Origin: a virus
Taxonomy: Duplodnaviria > Caudoviricetes
IMG/VR virus record: IMGVR_UViG_3300037400_002156
Coordinates: 32,001 to 96,000 of that record
Strand: one strand, 5' to 3'
DNA length: 64,000 nucleotides
The translations under genes were made by a program, and so were the position numbers. The notes under the pieces are model-generated. The model was not told the origin of the DNA and ran no database searches. It worked only from the letters and a program-made list of their open reading frames with translations. The stretch's first letter is position 1; each line of letters begins with the position of its first letter. Below are positions 19,838-29,701 of the stretch, in pieces.

Positions 19838-20785
19838 CTATTTAAATAAACGTAGTCTTCTGTTAATATATAAACTTTCTAGTCTTGTAACTCGTCTTAA
19901 TAGACTTTCATAATAATCTTCTTCACTATCAAGTGGATCATTTTCTTCTGCTTCGTCATTATTAGCAACTACATCTTTTAATTGATCTAGTTCTTTATCT
20001 GACATAATTTGCTGAGCATTATCTACATCAGTTGTAAGTTCATTCTCAATTTCTTCATCAGACTGTTTAACACTAACTTTTGCTGTAATACCCTTTGCTA
20101 AATCAACAACAAGATAGCTATCAACTAAAGAAACAACTGCAGCTAAATTACCAGACTCATCATAAAAAGAAGCTGTTGAATCACCAAAGTCTTCATTCTT
20201 TGGCGCTTTCCACCCATAATGATTGCTTAATATGCTTTCTACCTTCTGTAAAATAAATTTTCTGTTATCACGAATAGATTCAACAATCTGTGTATAGCTT
20301 TCTTTTTTACTATTTACAAGATCGTTTAATTCGTCAAGTTTATCATCAAACATTCTACCACTCTCCGTTGCTTTATTATTTATATAATCTATTAAAGCAT
20401 CTTTTGCTTCTTTATCTGTATTAAAACCGTCAGACTTAATTTTAAATCTTTCCATTATACGGTTAGTTAACTCATACGTAACTAATCTACTAACTAGCTT
20501 ATTAAAATTATTATTTGAAATTTTATTATCTTTTATGTTAGCTTCAGGCAAATCGCTCAAAAGTAAATTGTCATTAAACACTAGCATCTCTAAAACAATA
20601 GATGCGTCATTGAATGACGGTGTAATATCAATTGAAAACTCACCTGCTTTACTAAATCTAGTCGGGCATGAGATTGACAATGTATTTTTATTTATTGCTT
20701 TAATTGGAAAAAGTAAATTATCTTTAATTATCTCATTCCATATTGCTTCCCAATCTATAGACTTTGACATTTTTATAACCTCCAA
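19838..20785 (-). CDS. Putative internal head protein
   Basis: Many xES motifs, acidic linker, C-terminal LLRRVTRLES helix; the start is probably the downstream MSKS. Confidence 0.5.
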   Translation of the reverse strand: MEVIKMSKSIDWEAIWNEIIKDNLLFPIKAINKNTLSISCPTRFSKAGEFSIDITPSFNDASIVLEMLVFNDNLLLSDLPEANIKDNKISNNNFNKLVSRLVTYELTNRIMERFKIKSDGFNTDKEAKDALIDYINNKATESGRMFDDKLDELNDLVNSKKESYTQIVESIRDNRKFILQKVESILSNHYGWKAPKNEDFGDSTASFYDESGNLAAVVSLVDSYLVVDLAKGITAKVSVKQSDEEIENELTTDVDNAQQIMSDKELDQLKDVVANNDEAEENDPLDSEEDYYESLLRRVTRLESLYINRRLRLFK

Positions 20786-20813
20786 AGTATATTTACATTG
20801 TAATAGATATAAT

Positions 20814-20847
20814 ATAAACCGTAACTCTTATAAGAGTTACGGTTTAT
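20814..20847. terminator. Perfect 34-bp palindrome, probable intrinsic terminator (representative of about 20 intergenic hairpins)
   Basis: ATAAACCGTAACTCTTA|TAAGAGTTACGGTTTAT immediately after a stop codon. Confidence 0.75.
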
Positions 20848-21765
20848 TTACTTATCTTCTACAACTTTCATGCCTTCAAGACGATATCCTGTTCTCACAA
20901 AGATGTTAGTAAATGACCCTGGATTATACACTGAAATACAATCACCGTTTCGTATTGCTTCCATGACATACTTATGTCTCATTGGCTCTCTATTTTTAAA
21001 CTCACCAGCATGATGCCATATCTTTCCATTATAATAAGTATCGTTTATCCAATAATTTACGAATGACTGGCCGCCATTAAGCATATATACTTTACCAAGG
21101 CCTTTCATAGCATCACTGTCCATCAAATGACTTATTGAACGCTGATCATACTGACGTCTATCACAGTAATACACAATCGATTTAATATCAGGATTATTTT
21201 GTATTATATATTTCCATAATTTAGAAGCGCCACCAATTACGCAAATACCCATTTTACAAGCGCCTCTTGCAATCTCACAATCGTAATTGCCTTTTCCAAA
21301 ATAACTATGGCCGATTAAATAGCACATAAGTGGTTCGTGAGTTTTCTTGTCTTCTAATACGTAAGCTGTTTTAGAATTTCTATATCCAGCTATATTATTT
21401 TCATTAAAAAACTGCTTCATCTTTATAGCAGGATATACTTTAACTTCTGTATTTCTTGCATATACACGTTCTGCTAATCCACAATGATATAGCAAAATAT
21501 TCTTATAAATATTTACTTTATATGGATTATCTAAATCAGGCGGATATATAAAAACACAACGAATACCTTTATTGTGATAAGTCTCCCATCTATTGTAAGA
21601 ATCAAGTTCACCACTTAGCATATCAGCTAAATGAAAGCATAGATTTTTGTTTCTTATTTCAAGATCATTTTTAGAGTTTATAAAGTAGTCTAAATTGTTT
21701 TCTTTAGCCAATTCGATTAAAAATGTAAAATCTTCTATCATAAATACGTTGCCTGCATAAATCAA
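20848..21765 (-). CDS. Hef-like protein: degenerate nuclease region plus GNAT/Mom-like C-terminal domain
   Basis: RVYARNT, FFNENNIAG, CEIARG...VIGGASKLWK...IVYYCDRR match the C-terminal domain of phage Hef-like proteins. The nuclease EFNGxYWH motif is missing. Confidence 0.65.
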   Translation of the reverse strand: MIYAGNVFMIEDFTFLIELAKENNLDYFINSKNDLEIRNKNLCFHLADMLSGELDSYNRWETYHNKGIRCVFIYPPDLDNPYKVNIYKNILLYHCGLAERVYARNTEVKVYPAIKMKQFFNENNIAGYRNSKTAYVLEDKKTHEPLMCYLIGHSYFGKGNYDCEIARGACKMGICVIGGASKLWKYIIQNNPDIKSIVYYCDRRQYDQRSISHLMDSDAMKGLGKVYMLNGGQSFVNYWINDTYYNGKIWHHAGEFKNREPMRHKYVMEAIRNGDCISVYNPGSFTNIFVRTGYRLEGMKVVEDK

Positions 21766-21786
21766 ATACTATAAGTTAAACGGTTT

Positions 21787-21828
21787 AATTTAATATACAC
21801 AGTAGTATTATTCTGTGTATATTAAATT
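21787..21828. promoter_or_regulatory. Back-to-back divergent promoter pair (16-bp inverted repeat)
   Basis: AATTTAATATACACAG-N10-CTGTGTATATTAAATT between divergent genes; each arm carries the TGTATAT motif. Confidence 0.7.
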
Positions 21829-21863
21829 TTAAATTTAACCAATTTACTTTACGTGCTTTTGAT

Positions 21864-22946
21864 ATGAAACTAAAAGACATTTCAGAATTAAGAGATTTAT
21901 ACGTCGGTAAGACTTTTAACAAACTAACTATTACAGATATCTTAAGATCAGGTAAGAATTGGGTATGCAGATGTAAGTGCGAGTGCGGAGTAGAATGTGA
22001 AAAGAATCTAACAAAAGTTATTAGCGGACATACTAAAACTTGTGGCGGACACGTACATAAACTTGAGCAAGCGTCAAGACTGTCTCAACTATATAAAGAG
22101 CATCCAGAAATAGGTAAACGTGCTGGAGAAAAAATATCTTTATGGTATAAAGACGAAGAGAATAAGCCCGTTATACAAGAACGCTCTGATAATCATAGAA
22201 AATGGTGGGATGAGCACGGTGAACAACGAGAGTTTCAGTCCGATCGTATGATTAAAAAGTTTCTCAAAAATAGACAGTCTGCTGACTATTCAAATCTTAT
22301 ACAGATTATACATCCTAAGTATGTAGACGATCTATTATCAGGAAAGATTAAAAGAGACAATATAGTTGAAACGAAATGCCCATTATGCAATAAATACGGT
22401 GAGCATAAGTTTCACGACTTATTCCGTATAGCAAGTAACTCACTTAAGTATAGTCATGCTCTATTGTGTAGTGACTGTCAAAATGAAAAGACATCACATT
22501 ACGAAATAGAAATAGCAAATTATATAAATTCTTTTTGTAATAACGAGTGTATTAAGAATGACAGGTCAGTACTAAACGGAAAAGAGCTTGATTTATATTA
22601 TCCAGAAAAGAAAATTGCAATTGAATTTAATGGTGATTATTGGCATTCAGACGCGCATAAGTCTGATGATTATCACTATAACAAGTTCATAGAATGTTAT
22701 AATAGAGGAATTACACTTATAAGCATTTTTGAAAGTGAGTGGAATTCTAACAAAGATGCTATTAAAAGCTACATTAAAGACTTATTCAATGGCATAGAAA
22801 ATAAGCTATCATATAAGACAGACTCAGCTATTAATTTAAACTATCCGCCAATTAAGTTTGACATATCTCGATACTACGTTGAGAAAGCTTTCTACAGTAT
22901 AGGACATAGAAAAGTATATACTTGTGGATACGCTGTTGAGAACTAA
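21864..22946 (+). CDS. Putative homing endonuclease (Cys domain, Zn ribbon, Vsr/DUF559-like nuclease)
   Basis: CRCKCECG, CPLC/CSDC, ELDLYYPEKKIAIEFNGDYWHS, ISIFESEW. Confidence 0.85.
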   Translation: MKLKDISELRDLYVGKTFNKLTITDILRSGKNWVCRCKCECGVECEKNLTKVISGHTKTCGGHVHKLEQASRLSQLYKEHPEIGKRAGEKISLWYKDEENKPVIQERSDNHRKWWDEHGEQREFQSDRMIKKFLKNRQSADYSNLIQIIHPKYVDDLLSGKIKRDNIVETKCPLCNKYGEHKFHDLFRIASNSLKYSHALLCSDCQNEKTSHYEIEIANYINSFCNNECIKNDRSVLNGKELDLYYPEKKIAIEFNGDYWHSDAHKSDDYHYNKFIECYNRGITLISIFESEWNSNKDAIKSYIKDLFNGIENKLSYKTDSAINLNYPPIKFDISRYYVEKAFYSIGHRKVYTCGYAVEN

Positions 22947-22954
22947 ATAAAGCA

Positions 22955-22982
22955 AAACCCTAAGGCGAAAGCCTTAGGGTTT
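22955..22982. terminator. Bidirectional intrinsic terminator after the major capsid gene
   Basis: AAACCCTAAGGC-GAAA-GCCTTAGGGTTT between convergent genes; the loop reads as UUCG-like on the minus strand. Confidence 0.9.
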
Positions 22983-23001
22983 AATTTTACTTATTCATTT
23001 A

Positions 23002-24495
23002 TTAGCGAAGATTTGCATCACCGCCAACAATTTTCCCTACACAGTACATTTTTGGATTTAACATCTTGGTACCATAATAGCTGACGAGACCCTGACGACC
23101 AACAAAGTCATCGAGCATTACGAGATCTGTCTTTGTAATTGGTAGGAAGTCAGCAACAACAAAGCCAGCATCCATATCGCTACCCTTATAGCCAACAAGG
23201 TAAGCATCCTGTGGAACATATGGTGAGTAAATAACTTTAATCTGACCTTCGAGTTCACCAACTACGAAAGCACCATTGTTAGGAAGTGTAGCACCAGCAG
23301 CTTTGAAGTGATCTGAGCCTGCGGATTTGATGATATTTAGACCCTGACGGCCGACAACTACCCAATTACCAAATCCACGTTTTGTCTCGAAGTTAATGAG
23401 TGATGCACAAGCAAAAATCTCATTAATGAAGCTCATATCGTGATCATGCTGTGAAATATAGGATGTAACAGTACGATCCCATTCACGACGATTACCAGCC
23501 TGACGCATTAGGATGCTAATAACCTCATTATCACGTTCCTGACGAATCTCAGCTGTACAAGCGTTAACGAGAGAATCTTCAACGTTGATGCCGTGAGCTT
23601 TAGAAAGAGCATATGAAGCATCGAATGAGAAGTTAGCACGAATCTTGTGAGGAACAGCTTTGATCACCTCTGTACGGAGACGAAGCTCAAGATTCATTGA
23701 ATCTGTAGGAACTTCACTAAGATCCTGGAAATAAGAAATAGCTACTTCATTATCAGCTTGAATTAAAGTGCTGTCTAATTCGATCTCAATTTCGCCAGAA
23801 GCTGGTGTAAGAAGTTTAACAGTAGCTAGATTTGCAGCTAGATCCATTTCATGACCGTCTGTATCGATCTCTGAAACTTTCCATGTTACATTACCATTGC
23901 TCTTGCATGAACGAATATAGAATGTACGACCTTTTGTCTCATCTTTAAGAGCAAGAGGACTATCAGGATCAACTTTAATTGGAAGATGCTGTACGAAGCC
24001 AGCAATCTTAGATTTACCAGTTGTTGTATCGAGAACTGCCTTACCAAGCATTTCGCTATCAATACGCTCACGTGCTACAAACTTACCATCATCAGCACCG
24101 CGCATTGCGCCCCACTGATCAATAGCAACTTCACCCTTAATAGCACGACCACGATCCTGACCATAAACATACTGTAAGAAACGAATTATGCCAAGAGGTG
24201 AATCGATTGACTGAACAGAAACGATATCATCAATAATCTGGCTTGCGTAAATTGCGCTAACCATATCGATTGAATGCTCTGGGAACCAATCTATTCCGCT
24301 GTACTGTGATGAAGGAACGTCGCGACAAACGCTCTCATTCTTCATTGCACTAATTGTACGGAGATCATCTAGAGCATTATTTGTATTGTTAAGAACACGA
24401 GCTAATGTATCTTTAGCATCATCACTCATTCCACCACGAATGCTCTCAACAACATTAATTTTATCTTTCCAAGCTTCTAAAACAACTTTATTCAT
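23002..24495 (-). CDS. Major capsid protein (T4 gp23-like)
   Basis: DIVSVQSIDSPLGIIRFL, IRANFSFDA..LSKAHGINVE, EIRQERDNEVI, YLVGYKG, GLVSYYG. Confidence 0.93.
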   Translation of the reverse strand: MNKVVLEAWKDKINVVESIRGGMSDDAKDTLARVLNNTNNALDDLRTISAMKNESVCRDVPSSQYSGIDWFPEHSIDMVSAIYASQIIDDIVSVQSIDSPLGIIRFLQYVYGQDRGRAIKGEVAIDQWGAMRGADDGKFVARERIDSEMLGKAVLDTTTGKSKIAGFVQHLPIKVDPDSPLALKDETKGRTFYIRSCKSNGNVTWKVSEIDTDGHEMDLAANLATVKLLTPASGEIEIELDSTLIQADNEVAISYFQDLSEVPTDSMNLELRLRTEVIKAVPHKIRANFSFDASYALSKAHGINVEDSLVNACTAEIRQERDNEVISILMRQAGNRREWDRTVTSYISQHDHDMSFINEIFACASLINFETKRGFGNWVVVGRQGLNIIKSAGSDHFKAAGATLPNNGAFVVGELEGQIKVIYSPYVPQDAYLVGYKGSDMDAGFVVADFLPITKTDLVMLDDFVGRQGLVSYYGTKMLNPKMYCVGKIVGGDANLR

Positions 24496-25501
24496 AAGAA
24501 TTCCTCCTAAATGGTGAACACATTTTTTCTAAGGCAGTATTATCTTTATTAAGTATGCCATTTATATTTATATTTTCATTTAAATGACGCTCTGTATTAA
24601 ACTTGTTAATACTAATATCATCACTACATATATTAGATATTGAATGCTTTTTATTGGTGCTTTTATTTACTGATCTAGAGCTTGACTCATTAAATTTTTT
24701 CGCATCAGAAATAAGATCTTTAACTTCTTTAATTAAAGAAGTTAGCTGCTTTTCATATTTGATATGTTGTAATTTGTTTTCTGATTTATTTAGAGTATCT
24801 GATAATCTATCTACTGATTCAAGAATAGCATGAATATCAGCTTTATTCTCTCGCTTACAAATTTCTTTATCAAGTGTACGAATGCGAGATTCAAACACTG
24901 GATTTTTAAAAGAACGTAGTGCTGTGACAGATTCTTTTAACTCTTTTGTTGACATTTTGTCTACAGGTTTCGAAACTGAATCAACTTGCTCAAGACGAGC
25001 ACATTTAAATCCTGGTTCTGGTACAGCATCAAACGTAATAAGTTCGTATGAATTCTCTAATATAACTTCGTGTCCATCTTTCTGAATTGAGTCAGCAACT
25101 GCGCGAGCTGAAATACCGAGCTTTGTACCATATTTAACAAGTGTCTCAAGAATTCTTCCAGTTGGCGTATCAAGGATTGCAAAACGGCCCCATAGCATAT
25201 CACCGTCACCTTCAGGAATCCAGAGTTTTTCAACGGCTAATGCAACTTCAGGATAACTAATATCTACACGGTTCTCAGGGTGACCACCCTCGCCAAGCAT
25301 TGCACGATTCTTAATTGCTTCCTGCACTGTAGGATTTTTTAATATGCGATCTTCTACTAACTTTCTAGAATAAATTCTGTTATTGCGATTAACAGCGCCA
25401 AATTGCATACAAGGGCCGGACATTATACATAATGTGCCAGGCGACTTGCTATTTTCAACAGGCTTCATTTCTGAAACTATTGATTCTGTAAATACTTTCA
25501 T
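24488..25501 (-). CDS. Prohead protease (T4 gp21-like) with C-terminal coiled-coil extension
   Basis: NRNNRIY, LGEGGHP, ILDTPTGRIL, GISARA, FDAVPEPG. Confidence 0.93.
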   Translation of the reverse strand: MKVFTESIVSEMKPVENSKSPGTLCIMSGPCMQFGAVNRNNRIYSRKLVEDRILKNPTVQEAIKNRAMLGEGGHPENRVDISYPEVALAVEKLWIPEGDGDMLWGRFAILDTPTGRILETLVKYGTKLGISARAVADSIQKDGHEVILENSYELITFDAVPEPGFKCARLEQVDSVSKPVDKMSTKELKESVTALRSFKNPVFESRIRTLDKEICKRENKADIHAILESVDRLSDTLNKSENKLQHIKYEKQLTSLIKEVKDLISDAKKFNESSSRSVNKSTNKKHSISNICSDDISINKFNTERHLNENININGILNKDNTALEKMCSPFRRNSYE

Positions 25502-25641
25502 ATGTAGCCTCCAAATATATAAATACTACATTATTACAATCTAAAATAGATATATAAATAAATTGATATAAGTATATAAAACAACAGCGTAGATAATTTA
25601 TCTACGCTGCTTAATTGTTTATATTATACTATATAATTTTA

Positions 25642-26310
25642 TTAACCTTCACCGCCATCGCCTTCTTCTACAGCTGGAGCCTGAAGTGTAATAACTTTTG
25701 TATGTGGATCCATAGCGCGAATGTTGAAACGTGTCTCATTGTGTTTTAGATCTGCATAACGAGCCCAATTGCAGAGAGCATCAACATGAGCTTCACCTAC
25801 TGGATTAATATAAAAAGCACCATTGCAAAGAGGATCTTCACATGTGCCTGTTGCAACCTGAACACCAACTAACTCAACTGTAGCAACGCCTTTAAGACCT
25901 TCAACTGTTAGCTGTAAAGTCGCTGGTTTACCAGTACCATGATCAACATAAGATTTAGTAGCACCGGCAACACCATTTACTAAAACATTAAAACCGGCAA
26001 GTTCTGCTTCGTATGGTGCTGTTGTCTTAAGTTCAATACCAGTATCAGCAACACCAGCATTAAATGTTACAAGACGTTTTACATTTGCAGTAAATGTAGC
26101 ATTAATCTGTGATGGAGTTGTAACTGTAACTGTTTTTGCAAACTTAACATGAGCATTAACAGCAGCATCAACAGCGTTACCTGAACGATGGAGACTGAAA
26201 ACACCTACTGCTTCTAGTGCTGGATCTGCTTGAAATTTAATTCTAGCCTTACCGTTTGTTACTTCATCATGTAAGAATCGTTTATCTACATCTAATTTTA
26301 AATTAAGCAT
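25642..26310 (-). CDS. Putative virion (head decoration) protein
   Basis: Ala/Val/Thr-rich beta protein upstream of the protease; preceded by the ATATCTA motif. Confidence 0.5.
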   Translation of the reverse strand: MLNLKLDVDKRFLHDEVTNGKARIKFQADPALEAVGVFSLHRSGNAVDAAVNAHVKFAKTVTVTTPSQINATFTANVKRLVTFNAGVADTGIELKTTAPYEAELAGFNVLVNGVAGATKSYVDHGTGKPATLQLTVEGLKGVATVELVGVQVATGTCEDPLCNGAFYINPVGEAHVDALCNWARYADLKHNETRFNIRAMDPHTKVITLQAPAVEEGDGGEG

Positions 26311-26397
26311 ATCTTCCTTCCTTTTAAATTAAGAGTTCTGATAAATGTGTAGTACACCAAAATGAGATTGTTACACAATAATAGATATTATATGCAA

Positions 26398-29166
26398 CTA
26401 ATCTGTGTGGTCATCATCAATAATAACTTCTTCTGAATTGTTTCCACTATATAATGTAACTGTACCATCAACGAACCAATAACCAAGTGCAGAAATCTCT
26501 GATCTACTAATCCATGTATCTGTTACAGTAGGTATACAATATATAGCATTTAATAAGTCATTCGGATCTGTCTTAGTATCACAATAGCATTCAATTATAT
26601 CATCGCTAATAAGTGGATTAAACACTTGTAATTTAGTTCTAATTATACCGTGATGTGGATCACTGTAGAAGTCTTCGTACGAAATTGGAGTGTCACCATC
26701 AATGCTAACATTTTCTAATTCGTCATTTACAAACACTGGTAGTAATGAGTTAATTGATGTATCATACATTGATATACTGTCTAAACTTGGACGAGTTTTT
26801 TGCCAACGATTTATTCCGAATAAGCCATTCCAGTAGACGTCGTATTTAGGATCGTACCATACAAGTGGAATGTTATTTTCATCTCTTATAATAGATGGAC
26901 ATAGATTTGATGTTATTCCGTGCTTATATAAGCTATCACCTTCATGTGAATCATCGTACGATCCTATTCTTATAAAGTTATAATCATTAGATATAGTCAA
27001 ATTAACTATTGAGTTAATATCTTCATATACATATTCATTCTTATCATTGTTATTAAGATATTCATTATAGTTATTATATAGTTTTGAACTATCTATTATC
27101 TTTGTCTCACTTCTATAAATAGGAACTGTTTTATCTGTTAAATTAAATAATTCATCGCCTAAATCAAATGACTCATTCCAACGTCTGTCAAGAGAATTAT
27201 TACCTAGCCAATATGAAGATGACCAGTATGTGCCTGTGTCAGCGTTATACCTAAATTCTTCAGATAAAGGAATATTACTTGATGGCGTAGTACTATTCTT
27301 TTTATATAGTGTTAAAATATTTGATGGAGTTGCAGAATAGCCGTAGTATGAAGTTGGCTTATCATTGTCTGGATCACTATCACCATCCCAAATGTAGTAT
27401 GTATTTGTATCTTCATCTAATCTTACAAGTAAACTTATCTGATTAGATAAATTGTAAAACGTCTTTTGTGAATAACCTGCTGAAGTAGAATTATCATTGA
27501 TGATAGAATATATACTAGAAAATAAGTCATAAGATAATATCTGATCAAAATACGTTGGTACTAAAGTGTCTTCTGATTTCTTAATATACTTATTATATAT
27601 TCCATACAATTTAGCTGGAGATGATTCTACTATAGGAACTTCACACTCATAATATGTAACAATCGCTGATAAATCACTATTATCTGTATTTATAGGTATC
27701 GCGTAATGAAGCTTATTACTATCAACAGATCTCGGTACTACATATAAGCAATCTGTACTTCCGTCAGTGCTAATAAAATTAGTTTGATCATATTTTATCC
27801 AACCAAGACAGCCGGTATACACATAATACTCTTCATTATGCGATGGTGATAAATATGTAAAGTCTTCAGCATCTTCATCTTCTTTATAGCGATATGCTCT
27901 AAATATAACTACAGGATCATTGCCAATATATCTTACCATTGACGCCTCTGATCCTGATATAACTCCTTTTTTAGTATCGCTATATTGTATCTTTTCATCA
28001 ATTGGATGCCAACTCCATGATACAGTATTGTCTGGTGATATATTTGCTACTAAGTAAGAGCCTCTTAGAGTATGATCTCCGCCTGTTATATTTGTTGAAT
28101 AAGAATATAATATATGCTCTGACTCATTTACATTACTGTTAACGTATAAGCAAAAGCAATACTCTTCATCACTAGCTAAAGATTGTCCACTTAAGAAATC
28201 TGCATCATTAGTAAAGTTCCATATCTTGTTATCTTGTATTTCTTTGTACTGATCATAGAAATTATTATCATCAGATAACCCAGTTACATCTTTTATTTCT
28301 TTTGTCCAATGAAAATGAAATACGAACCATGCAGTTCTTACAAGATTGTATAAAGAATCAGTATACCAATATTCAGGATCTAATCTCCAAATGACAGAAT
28401 CACTATAGCCTAGGCATTTGCATCCATATAAAACGCCTAACGCATATGCATACATTGCTTTGTAATCAAATAGCCTATACACTTCGCTATTTGAAAGTCT
28501 ATTTTCATGAACTTTTATTATTGACTTATTATATGCAGTGATGTCTTTTTTTATCTTGTAAATTGTATCATCACTAACACCTGCATTGAATTCTAATTTA
28601 TCAATGTCAATGTAATAATCAGGATAGTACTCATTGTCTATCTTTTCAGTTAGCGAAGTATCGTATCCTATATCGTTGAAAATATTATATATAGCTTGTG
28701 CCTGTAAATCGCGATAAGACATTTCTGATTTAGTGCGATCAGATAATCTCACTAGAGAATTACTCTTACTTTCTAATAAAGACTTATTTGAGTCACTTTT
28801 AAATATAATAGGTACTGTTCTGTCATCACCTGTGCCAGTAATATCATTTAGCAGTAACTTTAATCCATAGCAGTTAAACTTTAAATAGTGCTCATAATCT
28901 TCTACACTACCATAACCAGAAAGAAATGAGTATATGTCATCATATATTTCTTCAATGCCTTCAAGAGTTTTAATAGAATCTGTGTCTCTATAATAAGCAT
29001 TTTTGGATATTTTAATACTATCTGTCTGTGATTTAGATCCTGTTGTTACAGATTCTAAGCCTAAAAGAAATAACAATGTTGGCTCAGCTATCTTCCATTC
29101 GTATAAAACAGAATCATAATAGAAAAAGCAGCCATTTCTTGAAGAGTATAGCATGCTGTCCTCCAA
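26398..29166 (-). CDS. Large Tyr/Asp-rich putative virion protein, paralogous to 38671..39435 plus 37848..38666
   Basis: Shares DYKAMYxYALGVLYGC and ISYxDFY...GIIR...YCIP blocks with those ORFs. Confidence 0.7.
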   Translation of the reverse strand: MEDSMLYSSRNGCFFYYDSVLYEWKIAEPTLLFLLGLESVTTGSKSQTDSIKISKNAYYRDTDSIKTLEGIEEIYDDIYSFLSGYGSVEDYEHYLKFNCYGLKLLLNDITGTGDDRTVPIIFKSDSNKSLLESKSNSLVRLSDRTKSEMSYRDLQAQAIYNIFNDIGYDTSLTEKIDNEYYPDYYIDIDKLEFNAGVSDDTIYKIKKDITAYNKSIIKVHENRLSNSEVYRLFDYKAMYAYALGVLYGCKCLGYSDSVIWRLDPEYWYTDSLYNLVRTAWFVFHFHWTKEIKDVTGLSDDNNFYDQYKEIQDNKIWNFTNDADFLSGQSLASDEEYCFCLYVNSNVNESEHILYSYSTNITGGDHTLRGSYLVANISPDNTVSWSWHPIDEKIQYSDTKKGVISGSEASMVRYIGNDPVVIFRAYRYKEDEDAEDFTYLSPSHNEEYYVYTGCLGWIKYDQTNFISTDGSTDCLYVVPRSVDSNKLHYAIPINTDNSDLSAIVTYYECEVPIVESSPAKLYGIYNKYIKKSEDTLVPTYFDQILSYDLFSSIYSIINDNSTSAGYSQKTFYNLSNQISLLVRLDEDTNTYYIWDGDSDPDNDKPTSYYGYSATPSNILTLYKKNSTTPSSNIPLSEEFRYNADTGTYWSSSYWLGNNSLDRRWNESFDLGDELFNLTDKTVPIYRSETKIIDSSKLYNNYNEYLNNNDKNEYVYEDINSIVNLTISNDYNFIRIGSYDDSHEGDSLYKHGITSNLCPSIIRDENNIPLVWYDPKYDVYWNGLFGINRWQKTRPSLDSISMYDTSINSLLPVFVNDELENVSIDGDTPISYEDFYSDPHHGIIRTKLQVFNPLISDDIIECYCDTKTDPNDLLNAIYCIPTVTDTWISRSEISALGYWFVDGTVTLYSGNNSEEVIIDDDHTD

Positions 29167-29237
29167 ATAATGGTTATATAAATAAAAGGAGCTAGACTAG
29201 TCTAGCTCCTTTTTATTGATATATTTATTTGTTTAAT

Positions 29238-29690
29238 TTATTTATCATTTTTCTTCTGATATTCAACTACACCTGTATCTGTCTGTATTAAAAAAGAAGG
29301 TAACTGTGGTAAATCTACGTTTGGAAACGATTTTTGAGTAGATATATTTCGCAACCTGCTACGATATTCTTTAACTTCTTTTATTTCATCATCAGATAAT
29401 ATAGAATCAATCACCATAAACTTATCTGTTTCATTAAGAAGTTTATTTCTATGTTCTCGTAAAATACTTGATTTATACTCTGTTAAATCACTGATAAGTT
29501 CCTCTACTTTTACATTACCTTTTTTAATTTCTTCTAAGATATAGTTACTTATCTCAGATTCGTCCTCTTTGTCTAATGCAATAAAATACCCAAAAGGTTC
29601 TCCGTCTTCTAAATCTGAAGAACTAATAATAGCTATAGCCTGGTTTGGATTTACGCCAACTTTTTTTACTTTATGTATCGTTATCTTCAT
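29238..29690 (-). CDS. Tail fibre assembly chaperone
   Basis: REHRNKLLNETD...YRSRLRNI...FPNVDLP signature; directly after a fibre gene. Confidence 0.8.
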   Translation of the reverse strand: MKITIHKVKKVGVNPNQAIAIISSSDLEDGEPFGYFIALDKEDESEISNYILEEIKKGNVKVEELISDLTEYKSSILREHRNKLLNETDKFMVIDSILSDDEIKEVKEYRSRLRNISTQKSFPNVDLPQLPSFLIQTDTGVVEYQKKNDK

Positions 29691-29701
29691 AATAACTCCT
29701 T

